DNA of 64,000 nucleotides. Origin: Leidyana gryllorum EB-2025a. Taxonomy: Eukaryota; Protista; Apicomplexa. Below are positions 58,672 through 64,000 of the stretch, piece after piece. Below the pieces are notes generated by a model. That model was not told the DNA's origin, did no database searches, and saw only the letters and a list, made by a program, of their open reading frames with translations. Position numbers and translations under genes: made by a program. Location of the stretch: assembly GCA_048772705.1 (NCBI GenBank), contig JBLWGC010000121.1, positions 1 to 64,000 of the forward strand. The letters are read 5' to 3'. Position 1 is the stretch's first letter; each line of letters opens with the position of its first letter.

Positions 58672-61548
58672 ATGTTCTCTTCTTCGTCGGAGGAACGACG
58701 CTCGGACGAGGAGTTCCCCACACACGTTGACGAGAACGGAAACGAATGGCAGTGGGACGGAAATGATTGGGTAATCTATGATGACGAGGTAAACTCTCTC
58801 TCTGTCGCTGACAGTGCGGTACAACGACACTTCTCTCTTTTTTCAAATAGGGATTCGCGTGGATCTATGATGGAGAAGATTGGTTGGTGAAGAGTGGTGA
58901 TGGTGGTTTGTGGTTCTTTGACGAGGAGGAGTGGTTGCTCAAAACCGAAGACGGCCGCTTTATGGCCATGCGGGATGGCCAAATGGTCGATAAGGGGGAG
59001 GAAATGGCGGAGCTACAGAGACTCGAGGATCAGAGAATCCAAAATGAGCGGCTCCGTTATGCAGATCAGCCCGCCGGGGAGGTAGCGGAAGTGTCTCGTC
59101 CCAAATCCAAGAAGAAGAAACACCGCAAAAAGTCAAAGAAGACAGAATATGTGACCATCAACGCCCTCTTACCCTCTCAGAAGGGTGGAGAGGCCACCCT
59201 ACGCGACGGTATCAGCCCCCGCAATAAAAAGGTCGAAGCCCTTCTGGTCAATCCACCAATACACCATCACCACTGTCAACCCCCCGCCGCGGCTCCCGCC
59301 CCTAAACATTGTCACGCGCCACCCCATCCGCCCCGTGGACAGCATAATTCCTGCTGTCATCACCAAAATCAGCACACACACCATCACCCACAACCAGCTT
59401 TGCCCGGGCCAGGAGGCGTGTTGGTACCCCTCCGAGACGCATTGGCTTTGGAAAAGGCCCGTAGAGGCCCCGGTGGTGGACGAGGAGCAGCAGCAGCTGC
59501 CCAGGGTTACTTGGCACAATCCCAATGTCCGCACGGCCGCATATCCGAGACAGAGTGGTTACCCACAGCTGGGGGCGGGGCGGCCGCTATGCTCCGCCCT
59601 CACGCTCAGACAATGCCTCCCTCACACCAAAGCGTAGGAGTGATTCCAATGTCACGGGCGCCGACACTGCCCCAGTCAGCTCCTCCCCCACCAACAGCAG
59701 CAGGCGGTGTGACAGATGCTTCAACAGTGGGTAGCTCCATGGAAGACCTCGCCGGCGTCACAGCCAACCAACCGATAACCTATGAGGAGATAGCCAAAGC
59801 TCTGACTTCGGATACAATCTGTGAGTCCTCTCTTTGTACTGATCGCCAAATACAGTGTGTGCGTGTGTTTAATCAGTGAAGCCGGGCAATCTGGAAGCAA
59901 AGAAAAATCAGATCTCAAATGTGATTAGTGCTGTTGAGCGTTTGACGGCCAAAGGTCGTCAGGGCCCAGCTGACAAAATGATTCGAGCAATGGCTCAGGT
60001 TGTGAAATCTGTGATGAACGATCGGGCCTGGGGGGCTGCAGCAGCCAAGAAGGGTCAAACTGCGGGACAGGAAGATTGGCACGAGTTCCAGCGTCTCGAC
60101 AGCATCACTCTGAGAGCGAGTCAGGCGGTCTCAGAGGCTCACGATACCATAGAAACAGTACAACGGGGATTGCAGGGTTTGGTGCATCAATATTTGGACG
60201 TCGTCACACACAGCCGACTTCGCAATACCATCACCAGTCAGGAGGACCGGGAGGCCTTTGAAAAGGTCATCCAGGACCACCTGGATGAGGTTTTGGGTTT
60301 GCGTCAAGTCTTTGACAGATTAGATGGAGAGATCAATCTCATCAAAGAGCGAAGCGAGAAATACCTCCCCAAAGATCCGGCATGGTGAGTCTCGGCGTCG
60401 GCTTTGGCCTCGGCTATCATCAGTCTTCCTTCAGCCACTGTCGGCCACGACGCGAACTGATCGAGATGGACAACAAATTCCTGCACGAACGGGTGAGAGA
60501 TTGATGGACAGACAGAGCGTAATGATTTCGATTCAGCTCTATGAGGCCAACGAATCGGTTCGACTGCTTCGAGAAAAGTTACTCGTGGCGGAGATCAGAG
60601 CGTTGCAGCACAAGAATCGGGCGGATTATGCTTTGGCACAGGTCAAAGTGTTGGCCTCCAAGGCTCCCGAGGACGCCACGAATCTCATCCAGACGGCCGA
60701 TAAAGCCACAGCTGCGTCTGACAGTATCGATAGGAAACTGCAAATGCTCGAAAAGCGTCTGGAAGCATTCGGCAACACTCATCGCAAAGACGCTGCTGAC
60801 AATTTGGCCAGTCGTCTCTTTGCTCTCACCGAAGAGGAGAAGAAGACCTTTGACGCAGCTTCACGCATTCGTCACACACCTCTGCCACCCATCCCGCAGC
60901 CTCCTCTCCGCAGTATGTCCATCCAGGAACCAGCCACCCTCCCGCCGATCCACGTCTCGGTGACGGGTGAGGAGGGCGGACCCATTGGCAAACTTACGCG
61001 CGTCATGGAGGTGAGTGGACGCAGACCGATTGGGGGATACATTTGTGACCACAGAGAATGCTCGACATTAAGGAGAAGGTGCACAACCCGGAAGTCACTG
61101 GCAGCGTGAGTCGCAGACCATTTATTGTCCTTTGGAATGACTGTTTGCAGATCGATGGACTCATTGGAGAGATCCGGAGGGTCATCAAGGTGAGACGCCA
61201 GCCATCGCACACAATGATTTTCTGCGTCATCAGAATGTCGAGACCAACACACAGAACGAAGAAGCGGTGAGTGTCTGTCTCTTCCACCACTTTCACTGAT
61301 TACCCCAATTATTTCGGCTGCAGGCGGCATTGGCACGACAACTGTCCCAGAAGATTACACAAGTGGCCTTCAGCACCTTACCCGAGAACCTTCCGGCTCG
61401 AGATGTGGAAGCACTGCACGGAGTTCAAGAGGTCGCAAAGAAGGTTCATAATCTGGCAGAACAGCTGCAAGCACACAGACCACGGGGACATATGCCATTC
61501 CGGCGCGATTTTCAGGCAACAGCTGGACAACCTCCTGATGATGACTAG
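58672..61548 (+). CDS. Hypothetical protein(s) with a Trp/acidic N-terminus, a His/Pro-rich linker and coiled coils, multi-exon
   Basis: Successive plus-strand ORFs 58672, 58884, 59876, 60324 and 61330 separated by intron-sized gaps. This may be more than one gene. Confidence 0.5.
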
Positions 61549-61647
61549 TGCGCCTTCGCATTGGCAGCCGGCACATCGTCCCACTCCGCTATCTCGTTAG
61601 GCCCTCCTCCGCTATGCGCTATGGCAGCCGCTTCTCTCTCTCTGTCT

Positions 61648-64000
61648 CTATTCCTCATCCGATTCGTCGTCGTCGTCATCAAACTCGTCGTCGGAGTCGT
61701 CCTCTGAATCACTTCCGATGTCATCGCAGAGTTGCTTCATTCTCGCTTGGAGAACATTTTCGAGGGAGACGAGGAGATAATCTCCGGTGCTCTGTGTGGC
61801 TGCAATCAGCAAACTGCCGGCTTTCCGGTAGAGTGAGGTCAAATGGTCAGAGGGGACATCAGCCGTGAGTTTGAGCTCTTCGATAGCTGCAGCCAACTCC
61901 TTACCCTTTGTGGGCGGACTGACTGCAGTTAAGAGGTAACACTTTGTTTCAGCGCAGTCAAGTAGACTGGTCAGCAGGATGGACAGAGTTTCCAGGAAAT
62001 TCTCGTATGTCACAGCTTCGACTTTCTTTATCATTTGAACATCACTGTCCAAAGGCAGACTTCGTAACCAGCAATCCAACGAAGCATCCGCTGCTGCCCG
62101 AGGGGTCACCAACTCCCTAAAGTAAAGTAACCATTCACTCAAATCTAAACGTCAATGACTTACGAGATGACAGTGTGCAGAGCAGCCGACCGCGCTTGGT
62201 GGAAGTGACTGACAGTGGGGAACACCACGTTGGCCGCCTCGTTGCCTCCTCGTTGAAGCTGTTTGACATTCTCCAGAGTGGCCTTGAGCGACTTGAGAGC
62301 GACCCGCAACGCTTGAGCCGGATCCGTACACTCACCCAGCGAGAGAGACTGAGTCATCTGGTCGAAGGAAATTACGTAAGAGGGCGCATAAGCTGCCCCG
62401 CTGTCGCGAACTGGCTGGAAAACCGGCCCCTCGCCCGACCTCAGGAACTCTTGGCACACTATCAGTGCCGCGCCCTCAGTGTGGAGCCTAAAACCTTCTC
62501 GAGCGCTGGGAGGGATGACTTGGTCTGGGAGCACCGATGTCAGAGACATTTGAGAGCTCTCGATGGTCGGGAGCACAGCGGTGTTCAGCTTGACACCCTT
62601 AGCGGCAAAAGGCTGTGGCCGGCGGTATTTGAGGTAAGAGTGATACGTCGGAGCAGTGACGACGGATCCTTTAGCCGCGGCTTGGAACTCTTTGAACACT
62701 TTGAGGAACGGACCGTTGGGGGCCTCAAAGACGCCGAGGTCGCCCGAAGCGGCGTGGATAGAAGTGGTCGTGGAGAAGAGATACTGTTTGAAGATGGGAT
62801 AGAGCTGTTGCAGAATGTAGACGAGGATTTCAGGGAACTTCAGCCCCACTCGGCACACCAAATTGGAGATCAATCCGTTTGTCTCCAGGACGGGGCTGTT
62901 CCAGTCGTAGCGGGTGAGATGAGTCATATCCGGCAGCACATCTTTGCCTTCTCTCAACTGGTTATTGTAATAGGCCAAATCCTTACGCAGGGTGACCAGC
63001 AACCTGTCCAATGAGAGATCGGTGTACTCCAGAACGGCACGAAGCAGTTTGAGAGACTTTGTGTCAAACTTGTCGAGCGAAGCTTTCCATTGGACATAAA
63101 TCGAAGTGTTGAACACTGATCCGCTGTCCAACCCGACCTGCATATCGTACTCCAACACTTCACCGCACAGCTTCTTGTGGAGATCTTTGCTTTCGATGAT
63201 GACCTGTCCTTTCTTGTCGGCGGGACCGGCAGTCTCCAATCCGAGTTCAGCCGCCAGAGCTTTGGGCATCTTGAGGTCACTGTTGAATATGCAATGGGCA
63301 AAGAGGTCGGCAATCTGTCCAATTCGGACTTTGTCCAACACAAACAGTAGAGCTCTATTGCAATAGTCGTCAAAGTCCACGTCTCCATCAGACCGTTCAA
63401 AGGACGATGACTCGTCGTCATCGTCGTCGTCGTCGTCGCTCCACTCTTCTTCTCCTTCGTCGGTGCAGTCCTCTTCGCCATTGAGTTTCTGCTGCCACCC
63501 TTTCTCAAAGTCGATCTTTCTGTTCTCCAACAGAAAATCGACAATGTCCATATCCATTCCTCGGAGACGGGTCTTCTTGGCTCCGGGGTTTTTGCCCTGG
63601 AGGAAAGTCCAGAGAGTCTGTTGGCACAGCTGTCGGGGCAAATTGATCAGCAGACCCAAATCGACAAAGTTGGACGCGAAAGTGGGACTCTCGTCCCCTT
63701 TGATCAATACCAGATGAATCGGAGATCCATAGGCTTTGAGGGCGGCGGGACATTCGTTCGGACCGCAATTGGTCAAATCAGTTCCCAACACCAATTGAGC
63801 ATTTCCAGTGGCCATCAGTGGCTCGACTTTGTTCTCAACCATCAACGCGGCAACTTTGGCTTTGCGGGCGTCCTCGTCGACCTCAGCCAGCTGTTTGATG
63901 GGAGGTTGACCGGGCTCGAGCCTCTTAGCGGCAAGCGCTTGGCGGGTGAGATCGACACTGGTCGCGTGAAGACTCGAGGGGTATACCAATGTCTCGTAAC
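61648..64000 (-). CDS. M16 (insulinase/presequence protease-like) metallopeptidase, C-terminal part; the 5' end lies outside the window
   Basis: EGPVFQPVRDSGAAY resembles the M16 C-terminal R-x3-G-x-A-Y motif. The long ORF is open to the window edge and ends in an acidic tail. Confidence 0.6.

Noticed and set aside
62175-63014. 279-aa plus-strand ORF, and similar antisense ORFs over GAC, PFK and Ago
   Set aside because: Antisense shadows of real genes.
1-64000. tRNA, rRNA, transposase or retroelement genes
   Set aside because: None recognised by eye. The GGTTCGA-like motif near 175 lies within U1 stem-loop II. A tRNAscan-SE or Rfam scan would be needed to exclude them fully.

Overview
Eukaryotic, about 53% GC by eye, and extremely gene-dense, with 40-80 nt GT-AG introns and intergenic gaps often under 60 nt. 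The gene content points to an apicomplexan, most likely a gregarine: a glideosome-associated connector (GAC), a PFO-CPR fusion (PNO) and a fused beta/alpha PPi-PFK. Recognisable genes are U1 snRNA, PNO, a RAD51 paralogue, a SAM-methyltransferase/TPR-like/Gfo-Idh-MocA fusion, GAC, two divergent U2AF65-like genes, PPi-PFK, a subtilisin, an F-box-like protein, a GNAT, a full-length RGG-Argonaute, a head-to-head pair of TRAIP-like RING-H2 genes, eIF3j, an ABHD17-like hydrolase, a MAK11-like WD40 protein, a CaMKK-like kinase and a partial M16 peptidase. The main leads are: (1) a structured non-coding block divergent from U1 carrying CUAAACCCU, a candidate telomerase RNA; (2) the three-domain methyltransferase-oxidoreductase fusion; (3) an Argonaute with an apparently intact slicer site; (4) the RING-H2 pair missed by the ORF track; (5) a candidate intronic H/ACA snoRNA; (6) ultra-short bidirectional promoters with A/T tracts. 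All family calls come from motif recognition by eye, with no database searches. Exon boundaries are manual inferences.
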